Source: Podarcis melisellensis (lineage: Eukaryota). From it: DNA of 64,000 nt. The DNA is taken from the NCBI GenBank assembly GCA_964234715.1, contig OZ174279.1, one strand, 5' to 3'. The notes beneath the pieces were generated by a model. That model saw nothing but the letters and a program-made list of their open reading frames with translations, did no database searches and was not told where the DNA came from. Position 1 is the first letter of the stretch; the number at the start of each line of letters is the position of its first letter. The translations under genes and the position numbers were made by a program. Positions 51,044 to 64,000 of the stretch are shown one piece after another.

Positions 51044-53315
51044 CATGAACTATGTGAAATTGATAAAATGTGGAAGACAGAAGGTGTGTCTTTGGAACCA
51101 CTTTGCACCCCAGAAAAGCACCACATAAAGGATAAAAACAAATCAAAGTAAATAATATATTATAACTCAATTTGCCTGTATAGAAACAAAAGTTACCCAG
51201 AATGGTTAGTTAAGTTACTTGACTCTCACATTTTTTTAAATAAATGATAACAGCCATGTGAGAGTGTCCCTTTAATGCAAGTTTTTTTAAAAGGCAGTAG
51301 ATTGTGGGGGGCAGGATTGCATGGGCTTCCAGGAGGGATTAGAAGTAAATGTCATATTTTAGCTTTAGCTTTGGCTGTTTGTATCTGAGAGAACAGGCAA
51401 TTTAAATGTCAGTTATTTTAGCTTGTCAATAAATTCCACAGCCGAAGCACATCTGGTGCCTGTGATTGACAACCACAAATTAATAATAGCTTTGTTAAAT
51501 ATCCAGCCGCAAACACACAACACAGTTGCCGGCAACCCACGGCATGCAGTACAAAGAACTCACAAAGCATTTATGCGGATGTGCTGGCATGTCGTATAAA
51601 ATGTTCAAGCTTAATTCACATTTTTAAAGAGATCAAATTTAAGGTTGGACAGCACCCTTTGGGGGAAAGGCACATCAGTAACCCACCATTAGCATGGTGA
51701 AACTTGCCGAAGCTTTACAGTAAAATGACCCTTCATCGGTCTACAGAATCTTTCATCATATAGCAAGACAGATGTTGAAGTTGAGACCCAGGAAGTCATG
51801 AATTGGAAGGGGAAGAGGATCCCAGTGAGGGGTTTAGCCATAGCTTACTCTATGGCATTAACCCCTTCATGCATTAAGTAGATTTAAGTATGTTGTTTAT
51901 ATGCGGCAGGCTATCCTACAAAAACAGTGAAACCTACTGGCAAGGATGGCAGGAAAGCAAAATACACAACAATTGTAGGGATTGTAGAGTGAAACACCAC
52001 CCTCCCCCAGTCACTGTAGGGAGGCAGAAATTTCCACCTTGCCTTGGGCTCATCACAACCATTGCTGTTTCCATTCCACTGCAGTTCAGCTTCCACTTAA
52101 ACCTATGGTGCTAGTCTCACTATTGGCTATGACCAGAACATATGTAATGGATTATATAGATAATTTAAATGAATCACAGTGGAAGTAAAAAGGAAAAAAA
52201 GAAAAGCAGAAAATAAAGGAAGCATTTACATAATTTTGCAGACAGGGAAAAATAAAAACCAGTAGCAAATGCCATTTGTATTAACTTTCATTATTTCTGA
52301 TCCTGACCTTGAACGAACATGCCAGTTGTGGGAATTTCCACTCCCTTTTCCATTTCCAGCAGAATTCGCTGACATCTTACATTCACTTAGCCATTTCCCT
52401 AAGAGAACTGCCAAAGAGAAGCCCCCTCACCTTCTCATAACATTGGATTTTTCTAGTCTATGATGTTTTCCGATTCACTCACCAATCCTGTTTCTGCATT
52501 AATCTTCAAAATATGCAGTTTAAATGTATTTTGACATGGTTTGTGAGTCAACAACTGTGTTGGAACATTCAGGCAGAGTGAAAGGTGATGGATTACTAAG
52601 GCTGAAACCTTTAATCCACACACAAAATCAATGGCAGCAGTAAGCATAATTTACAACCAACTCATTCACCCACCTCCATCTGTGGCAATATAGTATCACA
52701 AAACAGCAACATATCCACTACTTTCCATCTTCCACCCAGGTATTATGTATCTTTATAGCTTCCCAAACCATTACAGCCTAGACAGCAAACAAACAAACTC
52801 AACACATAATTCACAATACATCACAGTTTAGCACTGAATAGGAGCAAACAACAATTGGGTTTTATGCGGATTGCCATTTGTTCCGATTTATCACTAAAGA
52901 GTAGCAATTAACACAAGAATTCCTTACAGCCAAATCCTCTGTATGATTTGCTGTTATCACATATGAACATTCTCCCAAAAATTGCATCCTCGGAATCTCA
53001 TAACCCAAGGGTGGATGGGCAGGAAGTTCTCAAAGCAAAATGGCTCTGAGCTCCAGGAGAAGCAGCCTTATATGTGCTTTCCCCTCCTCTTTGCAAGGGT
53101 TCATAGGGCAGCTTTTCCCCACAAGCCCCTCACAGACAAGATACTAGGTGAAACCTTCCCCAGTATTTTGCTTCATTCTATGGGCCACAGTAGGCAAAGG
53201 CGTTCCACTCTTATTGGGCATGGAACAAGGCTTCTTCAAAGATCACAGTTGGTCTGAAATAAGTGGAGACTGATATCAGTTCTAGAACTCTTTATGATAT
53301 ACGCATCTTTTCTTT

Positions 53316-54644
53316 CATAGAATCATAGAGTTGGAAGAGACCACAAGGGCCATTGAGTCCAACCCCCTGCCAAGCAGGAAACACCATCAGAGCACTCCTG
53401 ACATATGGTTGTCAAGCCTCTGCTTAAAGACCTCCAAAGAAGGAGACTCCACCACACTCCTTGGCAGCAAGTTCCACTGTCAAACAGCTCTTACTGTCAG
53501 GAAGTTCTTCCTAATGTTTAGGTGGAATCTTCTTTCTTGTAGTTGCTCCGTGTCCGCTTCTCTGGAGCAGCAGAAAACAACCTTTCTCCCTCCTCTATCT
53601 GACATCCTTTTATATATTTGAACATGGCTATCATATCACCCCTTAACCTCCTCTTCTCCAGGCTAAACATGCCCAGCTCCCTTAACCGTTCCTCATAAGG
53701 CATCGTTTCCAGGCCTTTGACCATTTTGGTTGCCATCCTCTGGACACGTTCCAGTTTGTCAGTGTCCTTCTTGAACTGTGGTGCCCAGAACTGGACACAG
53801 TACTCCAGGTGAGGTCTGACCAGAGCAGAATACAGTGCCACTATTACTTCCCTTGATCTAGATGCTATACTCCTATTGATGCAGCCCAGAATTGCATTGG
53901 CTTTTTTAGCTGCCGCGTCACACTGTTGGCTCATGTCAAGTCTGTGGTAAACCAAGACTCCTAGATCCTTTTCACATGTACAGCTCTCAAGCCAGGTATC
54001 ACCCATCTTGTATTTGTGCCTCTCATTTTTTTTGCCCAAGTGCAATACTTTACATTTCTCCCTGTTAAAATTCATCTTGTTTGTTTTGGCCCAGTTCTCT
54101 AATCTGTCAAGGTCGTTTTGAAGTGTGATCCTGTCCTCTGGGGTGTTAGCCACCCCTCCCAGTTTGGTGTCATCTGCAAATTTGATCAGGATGCCCTCGA
54201 GTCCATCATCCAAGTCGTTGATAAAGATGTTGAATAAGACCGGGCCCAAGACAGAACCCTGTGGCACCCCACTAGTCACTCTTCTCCAGGATGAAGAGGA
54301 ACCATTGATGAGCACCCTTTGGGTTCGGTCAGTCAGCCAGTTACAAATCCACTGAGTGGTAGCATAGTCAAGACCGCATTTTACCAGCTTCTTTACAAGA
54401 ATATCATGGGGCACCTTGTCAAATGCCTTGCTGAGATCAAGATAGGCTACATCCACTGCATTCCCTTCATCTACCAGGGTTGTAATTCTGTCAAAAAACG
54501 AGATCAGGTTAGTCTGACCTGACTTATTTTTCAGAAATCCATGCTGACTATTGGTGATCACAGCATTCCTTTTTAGGTGCTCACAGACTGTTTGCTTAAT
54601 GATCTGCTCCAGAATCTTCCCTGGTATTGATGTCAGACTGACTG
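53316..54644 (-). mobile_element. CR1 LINE, 5'-truncated (RT domain plus 3' UTR)
   Basis: ORF 53518-54654 with [20 protein letters not shown] and KFADDTKL; (ATTCTATG)n tail. Confidence 0.97.
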
Positions 54645-54894
54645 TACTGAACATTCACTTGATGCTAAATTAATTCACTGACCTTGCTACAGGTGCTAAT
54701 GAGAAGTCTGACGACATGCAGAGTCCTGACTCATGGAAGATGCATGATTGACCATACAGAGGATTGCAAGGGGCTCATTTGTGCCATTATAAAAGTAGGA
54801 AAGCAGGAGCCAACAGAGCGTAAATACAGGAAGTCAGCAGAATTTATGCTAAGCTGATGTAAGTTATCCCTATTCCACAATCCATTCGGGGGCA

Positions 54895-55290
54895 GGAGAT
54901 CTTATGACATGTGTGGTAAGAGTACAAACCAGATTAACACTTCTAGGATAGGATGATATACTTGTTTTGTTGAAATTGCAAAAGAAACCAGTGAGGGCAA
55001 TTACATTTGTGAAGCCAGAGAATTCCAGCAATGGATTTGTTCACTCGGATCACTAGCACAGTTTCATGGTTTCTGAAGAATAACATTGCTAAGACAAATG
55101 GTTCCAATTCTGCTGTAAAATGCCAAAGAACAAAACTTAAATCTTCCTGTAAGAGATTTCCTGTTTTCTGGCTTCACAAATGATGTCGCCCTCACAAGTT
55201 TATTTTGCAATCTCAATGAAACAAGATTCTCATTCTGTCTAGAACTGTAAATTTGGAACGTACTCCTACCACAAATGTCATAAGATCTTC
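54895..55290. repeat. Old inverted repeat (~128-bp arms, ~140-bp spacer)
   Basis: 54895-55023 is the imperfect reverse complement of 55164-55290. Confidence 0.9.
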
Positions 55291-55328
55291 TCCTAAGATC
55301 TCACCAGTTCCATTAACATTTTTCAGTA

Positions 55329-55570
55329 CAGTGGTACCTCGGGTTAAGTACTTAATTTGTTCCGGAGGTCCGTTCTTAACCTGAAACTGTACTTAACCTG
55401 AAGCACTACTTGAGCTAATGGGACCTCCCGCTGCTGCCCTGCCGCCGGAGCACAATTTCTGTTCTCATCCTGAAGCAAAGTTGTTAACCTGAGGTACTCT
55501 TCCTGGGTTAGCGGAGTCTGTAACCTGAAGCGTATGTAACCTGAAGCGTATGTAACCCAAGGTACCACTG
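55329..55570. mobile_element. Tigger-like MITE
   Basis: TIRs and TA TSD. Confidence 0.92.
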
Positions 55571-56637
55571 TACCCTGGTTTAAGTGTGTATTAAGCCTTA
55601 ATGATTCAAGTGCTGTTTTCCATGAACCACTGATGGGTCCAGGTGAGGATGTTGACAATGTAGGGGGATCAGAATCAAGGCCCAATTTTTGCATGATGTG
55701 CTATTGGGTTTTGCCAGAATTGAGGATTTTCTCAGCTCTTATCAGTACAAGCTAACAAAGTGTGGACCCTAGCAGGGATCAGCTGGGTACAAAAAGCCTC
55801 TCTGAATGAAGGATCCAGTGTTCTTGATGTTCATCAGAACCAACCTATTACTCTTCACTGAATGTGACCTTGTACCTGACTGTCCGGTGCTCAGACCCGT
55901 AAGCCATTCAAAATCTGGACAGCAATATAATATACGATATTATCATTTTAAAACTTATATAAAGGTATTTGTTTTACCAATTGTATTGTATCTGTAGCTT
56001 GCAGCAGGAAGATTTAAGATTTGTTCTTTGGCATTTTACCGTCAAACTGGAGCCATTTATCTTAGCAATTTTATCCTTCAAAAACTATGAAACTGCGTTG
56101 GTGATCCAAGTGAACAAGTAAGCAAAGAATAGACAAAATGTGCTGAAACTGATAGAGTAAAGTGTCTGTGATGTTTTTCCTCCAGAGCATTCTTGCTAAC
56201 TAATGGCTATGTTATGATGAAGGTTAAATTGGATTTGTGGCCTGAGCTTTGTGGGAAGACATGTTGCAGTGACTTATATAATTTATTATGGGGAAACCCA
56301 GTCAGATGGGTGGGGTATAAATAATAAAATTATTATTTATTATTTACCATGGTGCCTTGGAAGTTTTGGTGAAGAACCAGAAGTCTATTGTTTTTGGTTT
56401 ATGTATCAGCTCATCAAATTTGTTGCAATCAGACAAACAGCTAAGGCAGATACAAATATGGTGAAGTGACCACAAGATTCTTACACTGGTCTCCCAAAAT
56501 GAAACCTGATGTTAAATTTAAGGTAAATTTGGAGGCACCTCCCAAGAAAACATTGAAGGAGTGTCAATAGAAATTCAGATGGATTAGGAACATTTTTACA
56601 CAGGTGGGTGCTGTATGTCCCAAGCTCTGCTACTGAA

Positions 56638-56831
56638 GAAGGGCTGTCGTTTAAGGGTAGAGCATCTTTCTTGCATACAGAAGGTCTTGGTTCAATTGCT
56701 GACGTTTCCAGGTAGGGCTGGGCATGTCTCCTGTCTGAAATTCTGGAGAGCTGCTGCCAGTCAGTGTGGGCAATGCTGGGTTAGATGGACCAATGGGCTG
56801 ACTTAGTGTAAGGCAGTTTCCTATGTTCCTA
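56638..56831 (+). mobile_element. Squam2-like SINE
   Basis: tRNA-like head ggtagagcatc...ggttcaatt; tail cctatgttccta. Confidence 0.75.
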
Positions 56832-56924
56832 ATCAAGCCAAGAACTGACAAAATGCACAATTCAAACTCTATCACGTACAAAGGGTATGTGACTCCCCAT
56901 AGCAAAAGTGATTGATTGTGGACA

Positions 56925-57295
56925 GGAGGAGGAATATCAACCAAAAACGAATGGCTGATAAAAGTGATGGACTATGTGGAAATTGTGAAATTGACTGCTA
57001 AAATAAGAGGGCATGACGATGAATTGTTTAAGGAAGAATGGAGACCACTGATGGACTATCTGTGAAACTTCATCTATACATGAAGTCACAGGCAGGATTT
57101 GAAATATAAGAAACAGATTATTGAAAGAATTAATAATATTGGGGCTTTGGTAATAAAAGTATATCAGTTCTAAAACAGCTATTAAAAAGGAATAACAAAA
57201 AAAAAACAGGAAAGGAGGGGTGGGAAGTCAAGAAGAAATTACATAATCTTTTTTAAAAAATCTGTAAATGATGGCAAGAGTTTTTTAATATTTTT
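56925..57295 (+). mobile_element. Degraded L1 3' end
   Basis: TKNEWLIKVMDYVEIVKLTAKIRG..FKEEWRPLMDYL parallels the L1 at 40600-40730. Confidence 0.7.
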
Positions 57296-57304
57296 GGAGA
57301 CTTA

Positions 57305-57305
<1 letters not shown>

Positions 57306-57371
<66 letters not shown>
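57306..57371. repeat. (TG)n(AG)n microsatellite
   Basis: Directly visible. Confidence 0.95.
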
Positions 57372-57375
<4 letters not shown>

Positions 57376-60259
57376 TTAGTCTATTTTTGGTCTGCAGTGG
57401 TTTCAGATATGTTAGGGGAGGGGGAATCTCCCAAATGCATTTAAATTGTATGCCTTTGCCCCTAAAATACATTTTTCCCCCATACATTAGCAAAGCTATC
57501 CAGCTGTTTGAAAGCCTTGATATCTCACCACCTCCAAACTTCCACAGCTTAATCATAATGAGCCAAGAACATCTTATTAGAATCAAATTGCTCCAAGCCT
57601 ATTAGGCTTCTACTGAAACACTCAGCTTCAGTCGCAGTGCTCTCGTCATACCCAGGTGAGAGATAAGTTGGTTATTCCAGATGCTGAAATATTTACAGTA
57701 GTGATTCTCTTCTATTTCATGTCACATGTTCTGAATCGTCTCCTTTTCCTCCAGCAGCTGCTTTGAAATCAAGACCTGTTGCCAACTATTTGAGGATTCA
57801 GAAAATTCCAAAGTATCACATATCATCAGGCCCTCGCCACACTTTCTTGTGCAAACAAGTCCCCCAGCATAGCAAACAGGGCACAAGCAGAATATGTAAT
57901 GCAATTGGCTAGGGAGAATGAGTCATCAATCTGAAACTCTTAGACATGGTAAACCCAACAGGTAACAGATAAAAGGTCACCCTATTTCATGCACAGTGCT
58001 TTAAGATAAAATAGCCGCTAGAGTTAATAATTCCCATCATAAATCTCACTACTGTAAAGAGCTCTGTTATACAACTGGAGTTATTTTTATCACAATGACC
58101 TTAATAATTAACATGATCCCGTCTGTCTTTGAAGAATTTCCTCCATCAGCTACATTCCAGAGGTGGAAGGCAGGTTTCTCAGAGCAGAAAGGTAGAATTT
58201 TTTCCCTTTCTAATTTAACAAGATAAACTGTAACTCTTAATGATGCAAGCAAATTATGCTTTTTGTGTTGTCAATTTAGTTCTGTAAAACGCAAGCAGCA
58301 GCTGGCATAAGCCATACTCTCACTGAGATCTAACGAGATGTTCACCACACTTCCCAAACTCCCACTGGAACAAACAAAAGAATCTATGTTGAATCCATAC
58401 AGTCCCATCAAACCGAGGCCTTCTGTGTGTGACCTACAGAATGTATAAGGACTTTATTCTTCCAAGTCAGACCAATTCTTCACATGTCCCACTACTCCCT
58501 GTAGCAGCTTGTGAGACTCATGATCTCTCCTAGCCCTAATAGCTGAGTTTCTTCATCTGGTGTCCACCAGATGTGACTTACAAAGCCAAAGGCCATGTTG
58601 GGTGACTGGCCCAGTGTTGAATAACCCAACTGTTTTTGCAGCCAGAGAGGCAGAAAGACACCTTTTGCCATGCTTTGGATGGCCTGCCCTACATAGTTGG
58701 TGAGATGAGTTCAGCTTGATGGGTCTCCAGATTTGCCTCGCTTCCATTCAAGACAACTCATGTCCTTTCAAGAGATGAAGCAACACAGCTTCAGCAGATG
58801 AGTTACTGGAGGCTCCTACTGGTCCTGAGATTGGTGTTAGAGTTGTCAAAGCAGCTCAACAATATGTGACTGGTTAAGGCATCAGGAGGACTATGGTTTG
58901 CATGCCCAGGCAATGGAAACACAGCCCAACTCCAAAAGAAATAGAGAACTGCTTGCAAGCATGCAAGAATGCTGTCTTAAATCCTGGAAAGATCATACCA
59001 GTTGGTGTAGACAGTACTGAGCTAAAAGCTGTGGCAAGCTAGACGTTCTCAGAAGTAGAAATGAGGAGAAGAGGAAACAGCAATGGAACAATGGAAAATT
59101 GCTGATATATTGGTGCAGCTCCACAAACACATTCAGCTTCTATGGAAACTCAAGATCTAGGGGGGGAGATTCAGATGGGGAGAATTTCATAAGCATCCCC
59201 AGTGACAAATAAAGATGTGCCAGGCGTCCCTGAGGAAATTGGAAAGTAGAATGATAGATTTTCACCTTGAATCAACTTTACTTTCTTACAGTCAGCTGCT
59301 GCCTCAAAAATAGTCTCCTTTCATTTCCATCCTTTGACTGCCTCCTAAGGAAAGATTATTTGAAATCTTTTCTGTGAACTCAGTAGTGTACTTTTATGAA
59401 CCTTTAATACATCTGTATTACCGAGGTTGGAGTGTTTTGGAGATACATATATGAGTAATCTTATTACCGTAAGCATGGTCACAGTCAATTGCATTTGAAT
59501 TAAATCTGAATAGCAGAGGAAAGCTACCTGTATGCAGAAGAGACAATCTGGCATCTGCAGTGCAGAAGACCAGGGGAGGCGGGGAGGTGCTGGAGAGAAA
59601 GAGAGAGAAAGAGATTAAAGAACTAAAGAGTTGTTGCTGTAAAGAAAATGCTTACCATGTTGTTCTGTAGAATTATAATTCTACAAAAAAACAGGGTTGT
59701 CTGTCTATTAAGAAATCATGTTGGTGTTCAAAAATCTTAGCTATGATGAATCAGTCAGAGGTAATACACTTGAGAACCAAATGATTATGAGCCAGAAACA
59801 ATGGGTTTGGGTTTGTCAGGAATGAGAGTAGCATCCAATAGGTAAAACTGACATCCATTCATTTTGAAGGTACATGTGCAGATCTGCTCAAGGGACATGA
59901 TGTGGGAGTTCCACCCTGTACAGTACTCTTCCTAAAAGCAAAAAGTGCAATGAGGAAAATGATCCATGAGAGAAGCTTGTTCTCAGCATAATCCCTGGGA
60001 ACCGGGAAAGTATACGTGCATAGTGCACATGGAGTTTGTGCATGTCTGAATGCTCCACTGCAAGCTTCCGACCACTCCATAGATGTGAACAGGCTATCGT
60101 TTACATCTAGGACCGCTGGGTGTGCATTGGAGCACTTGCAGCTAATTGGCACACCAGAAAAGAATTCTAAATTGTAGATCACAGCCTGTTCATTGTATAT
60201 CAGATTTCGCCTTCCTCTTCTAGCACAATAAATGGGAAGCAATTCAAGGTCACATAAAT

Positions 60260-60473
60260 TTAAAAAAATTGTCCAGTAGCACCTTAGAAACCAACTAAGT
60301 TTGTTCTGGGTATAAGCTTTCGTGGGCATGCACACTTCTACAGATACATGCACACGAAAGCTTATACCCAGAACAAACTTAGTCGATCTCTAAGGTGAGG
60401 TGCTACTGGACACTTTTTTAATTTTTAATTTCTTTTGGCTGCATCAGACCAACTCGGCTACCTACCTGAATCT
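60260..60473. mobile_element. Penelope-like element terminal fragment, inverted arrangement
   Basis: ~70-bp arms (gtccagtagcacct...aagctttcgtg / cacgaaagctt...aggtgctactggac) followed by a cggctacc..ctga terminus. Confidence 0.8.
60309..60347 (-). ncRNA. Degenerate minimal type I hammerhead ribozyme motif
   Basis: gtat-CTGtAGA-agtgtgcatgcccac-GAAA-gc-TT-atac; core A6 substituted. Confidence 0.6.
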
Positions 60474-62969
60474 AAAGTCACGCAAAGGTCTTCATTTATG
60501 CACTGTTAGGCTCCCACTCTCTGTGGCACTGCCCTTGAAGATGGCTTTGAAACTACAGCTAGTGTACAGCCTACCTCCCAACTAGATGAGCACAGTACTC
60601 TACCTCTATTCCAAAGAAACACTGACACATTGAATCAAGAAGTAGGACCAACAAGCCTTACTGCTGACATAAACGGTTGGAAGGTTGAAGCACTTGCTGT
60701 GGCTGTAGAAACATATTTGGTTGCAGCTGGTTGCAAATGGAGGCATCTGGTTTTGTTGCCGCAGATGCCCCATGGCATTTCTTCTCTCTGCATTCCTCAC
60801 AGAGATCATTCCTCCTCTGGTCACTGCTATGGATACATGACCTGCCTGCCTGTCTCCAAGCAGACAGGAAGCTCATGTGCATACAACTATATGCAAGAAG
60901 GCATCCATGTGATTCCTCCCTGTGGACTTGGATGTGAATGCAGGGATGGTGGGGGATACACCAGCATGCATGACAGCCCCTAATTTTATGCAAGATGCTG
61001 TCTTGCATAAAAGGAATACTGTACCTTTTAGGCCTATCCACTGTCTATCTTCCCCAAGCAAGTAGACATTTTTTATATATAAGTTTAGACTTTGCCTTCT
61101 CTATAAATCCTTCTGCTCTGACAGTGGTGGTCTTTGTCATTTAGGTTTCTGGGGAGCATATTATAAGGTTCTATTAAAAAGGGTAAGGCACCACAACTCA
61201 GAAAGTGTTGAAAGCTGCCCCATAATTATTTCATTGAAACATTTAATACACAACCAACATGTGATGTCATTGAAATTTCAGCCTCCTGGTGATATATAAC
61301 CTTTTCCTCCAATATGTTTTTAGCATTTGCGTTTCATAACATAACACTCAGCATTTAGGCTTTTGTAGCTATTGGCACCACATATACGCCACCCAGCTCC
61401 CTGAAGGTATACATGAAGTTCCTTGACTCTTTCTCCATTGTTTGGAGTGCTTGCTCTTAGCAAACTTAATGGCAGCTCTAACGTGTCAAGAATTAAAGCA
61501 GGCCTTTCTTTTCATTTTTCATCTGAAGGACTGCACATTTATTCAGTGGTATTTTGATGTTGGAGGTTCAAAGGCTATCCAACAGATGCCACAAAGAGAA
61601 AGATCAGGGGAGCACAAGAAAGTTTACTTAAATAGGACTGTGTCATGCAAATTTGATCAATCCTTTCCAAATTGGCTGAAAGCCTATGAGATCACAGGAG
61701 TGACTGACTGGTTAGTGTACCTAAAGGTCAGCCAGCTATTTTGTGAAACCTTTAATCTATTCCGGAGCTCTTTTCTTCTTTTTTTACAAGATCTTGCTTC
61801 TCTATATCTATTTTTTAATAGTCCTTTGGACTTTCCTGTGACCATAGAGCCTCATCTAAATCACCACTTTCATTGCTCCCATTGTTATGAATTCTTCAGA
61901 TCTGGAGTTCATAATAGCGCCCTAAGATTTTACTGATTTCTCCTTCACCACTCAAAAAAGATGATATCTGTGAAATCGAATGGAGCACAGCTTACCCTCA
62001 ATGGGAAGAAGGATTTCCCCATATATATTTATGCAATATACAGTAAAGGGCTGTGAAAGGAAGGTTCCATGGTCCGATTAAAAACAGATCATTCTGTCAA
62101 AGTTGTTGAATAGATTTCATTATATTCAAGTTGTAATATAAACCCAGGGAGCGTGGAATGCAGCTGTTCTCAAAAATATGGGGAATGCATTCTGGACTAC
62201 AGATTGTATGCGAGAGGTTGCATATTTTACAGTTATTCCCAAATAGAAAGCTTTTTCTATGCAGTAACCTACCACACATCAGGGAGAGAGTTCTCCTTTC
62301 TGTTTCTGAAGTGTTGGCCAGCCTCACTGAGGGATGTTTTCTGTTGACATGTCAGAGGACTTGAAATGACCCTACCCACCATTTGAGGTGGTAAAGTCCA
62401 AAATTCTACATTGGGCGTAATATATTGATTGACTTTAAGAATGTCTGGGGAATTGTACCAAATGGCTTTAACTGAGCCAAGCAGCCCCTCAAAGTCTCAC
62501 CTTATCTGTCAGTGTTCCGGTGGAGTGAACATGCAGGTTAATTCACTAGAAGGCCTTTGATCGAACACACTCAGTTCAGCCTTGGGGAAAGTCACTATAA
62601 CTGACTGAGCCCTTTTAGATGGCAGTTCTCTCACAAGTAATCCAGCTCCCATCCTGTTCCTGTGTACAGTACTGTGCAGTGACCTGCCGATGCAGCTAAT
62701 TCAGGTTCACTCCATTACTGTAATCAGTGATAGCTCCAAGCTCATTCACACCCTACGTTTAAGAAACAGAATATGTGCTGAAGTTTAAATGGCAATATTC
62801 ACACAGGTCCTGATTACTGAATGCAATGACTTCCATGGAAACCGTTCATTAGGTGAGCGTTTGCATAATGAGTCCACAATGTCCATTATTTCCTACGGAA
62901 TATTTCTAATGAGGGATTTGTCTGATCTCTTTCCCCTCACTCTCTATGGTTTCTTCCTGAAATTGCTGT

Positions 62970-63285
62970 GAAGATGAAGAAGAAGAAGAAGAAGAAGAAG
63001 AGGAGGAGGAGGAGGAGAAGGAGGAGGAGGAGGAGGAGGAGGAAGAGGAGGAGGAAGAGTTTGGACTTGATATCCCATCTTTCACTCCCCTTAAGGAGTC
63101 TCAAAGCAGCTGACAATCTCCTTTCCCTTTCTCCCCCACAACAAACACTCTGTGAGGTGAGTGGGGCTGAGAGACTTCAAAGAAGTGTGACTGGCCCAAG
63201 GTCACCCAACAGCTGCATGTGGAGGAGTGGGGAAGTGAACCCAGTTCACCAGATTACGAGTCCACCGTTCTTAACCACTACTGGC
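62970..63285 (-). mobile_element. Squam3-like SINE with expanded (CCT)n(CTT)n tail
   Basis: Homologous to 45134-45391. Confidence 0.88.
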
Positions 63286-63537
63286 GAAAGAGAGACAGTG
63301 GAGAAAAAATTGTCTGTTATCTCCTGCTCCCTGATTCATCTGATCTTGTTCCCCCTTTCACTCTCTGTGGTTTCTGCCTTAAAATGGCTGCCACAAAACA
63401 GCAAAGCACAGGAAGTTGGCTGTCCGAATAGTGGAATATCTGGAGTGTATAGTGAAATTTGGGTATAATTATTTATGTGTTTATAAGTGAATTTTCAGAT
63501 AGTGAATGTGTGGATAGTGGGGCCTGGGTGTGTGTAA

Positions 63538-64000
63538 CAAACAACAACAACAACAACAATAATTTATTTATACCGCACCCATCTGGCTGGGTTTCCCCAG
63601 CCACTCTGGGCGGCTTCCAACAGAATATTAAAATACAATAACCTATTAAAAATTAATAGCTTGCCTAAACAGGGCTGCCTTCAGATGTCTTCTAAAAATC
63701 AGATAGTTGTTTTTCTCCATGACATCTGGTGGGAGGGTGTTCCCCAGGGTGGGTGCCACTACCAAGAAGGCCCTCTGCCTGGTTCCCTGTAACTTGGCTT
63801 CTCGCAGTGAGGGAACCGCCAGAAGGCCCTCAGCGCAGGACCTCAGTTTCTGGGCAGAACAATGGGGGTGGAGACACTCCTTCAGGTATACTGGACTGAG
63901 GCTGTTTAGGGCTTTAAAGGTCAGCACCAACACTTTGAATTGTGCTCGGAAATGTACTGAGAGCCAATGTTGGTTTTTCAAGACCGGTGTTATGTGGTCT
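63538..64000 (-). mobile_element. L2 LINE 3' fragment (runs off the window)
   Basis: ORF HWLSVHFRAQFKVLVLTFKALN..P.YLKE..LRS..RAF..AP, typical of the L2 ORF2 C-terminus. Confidence 0.92.

Noticed and set aside
53518-54654. 378-aa ORF as a host gene
   Set aside because: It is CR1 reverse transcriptase; the start codon comes from flanking DNA.
61442-61936. 164-aa ORF
   Set aside because: TTG start, no recognisable domain or splice structure; consistent with chance.
62490-62755. Possible ancient AmnSINE/LF-SINE relic (also 58630-58790)
   Set aside because: Resemblance too vague to support without an HMM search.
62968-63468. Poly-K/R ORF, and similar poly-N/I/L/S ORFs elsewhere
   Set aside because: Translation of microsatellites and SINE tails.

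Overview
Non-coding vertebrate genomic DNA, most likely from a lacertid lizard (Sauria/Squam1, Squam2- and Squam3-like SINEs, BovB, squamate CR1/L2/L1). I found no convincing host exon, so this is probably a large intron or gene desert. There is one 174-N assembly gap. The window is a dense mosaic of non-LTR retrotransposon 3' fragments (L2, CR1, BovB, RTE, RTE-X-like, L1, Rex1), tRNA-derived SINEs, hAT MITEs with 8-bp TSDs, Tc1/pogo MITEs with TA TSDs, solo LTRs and microsatellites. Most notable: (1) LTR-type sequences carrying an acidic-then-basic ORF whose motif S-x3-RRG[ML]K-x2-EQR is shared between two loci through mostly synonymous codon differences; (2) a Penelope inverted repeat containing a degenerate minimal hammerhead ribozyme; (3) two diverged colinear non-coding TATA-to-AATAAA units resembling DIRS/Ngaro repeats; (4) an old ~400-bp inverted repeat. 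Family names come from my recall of consensus sequences and were not database-checked.
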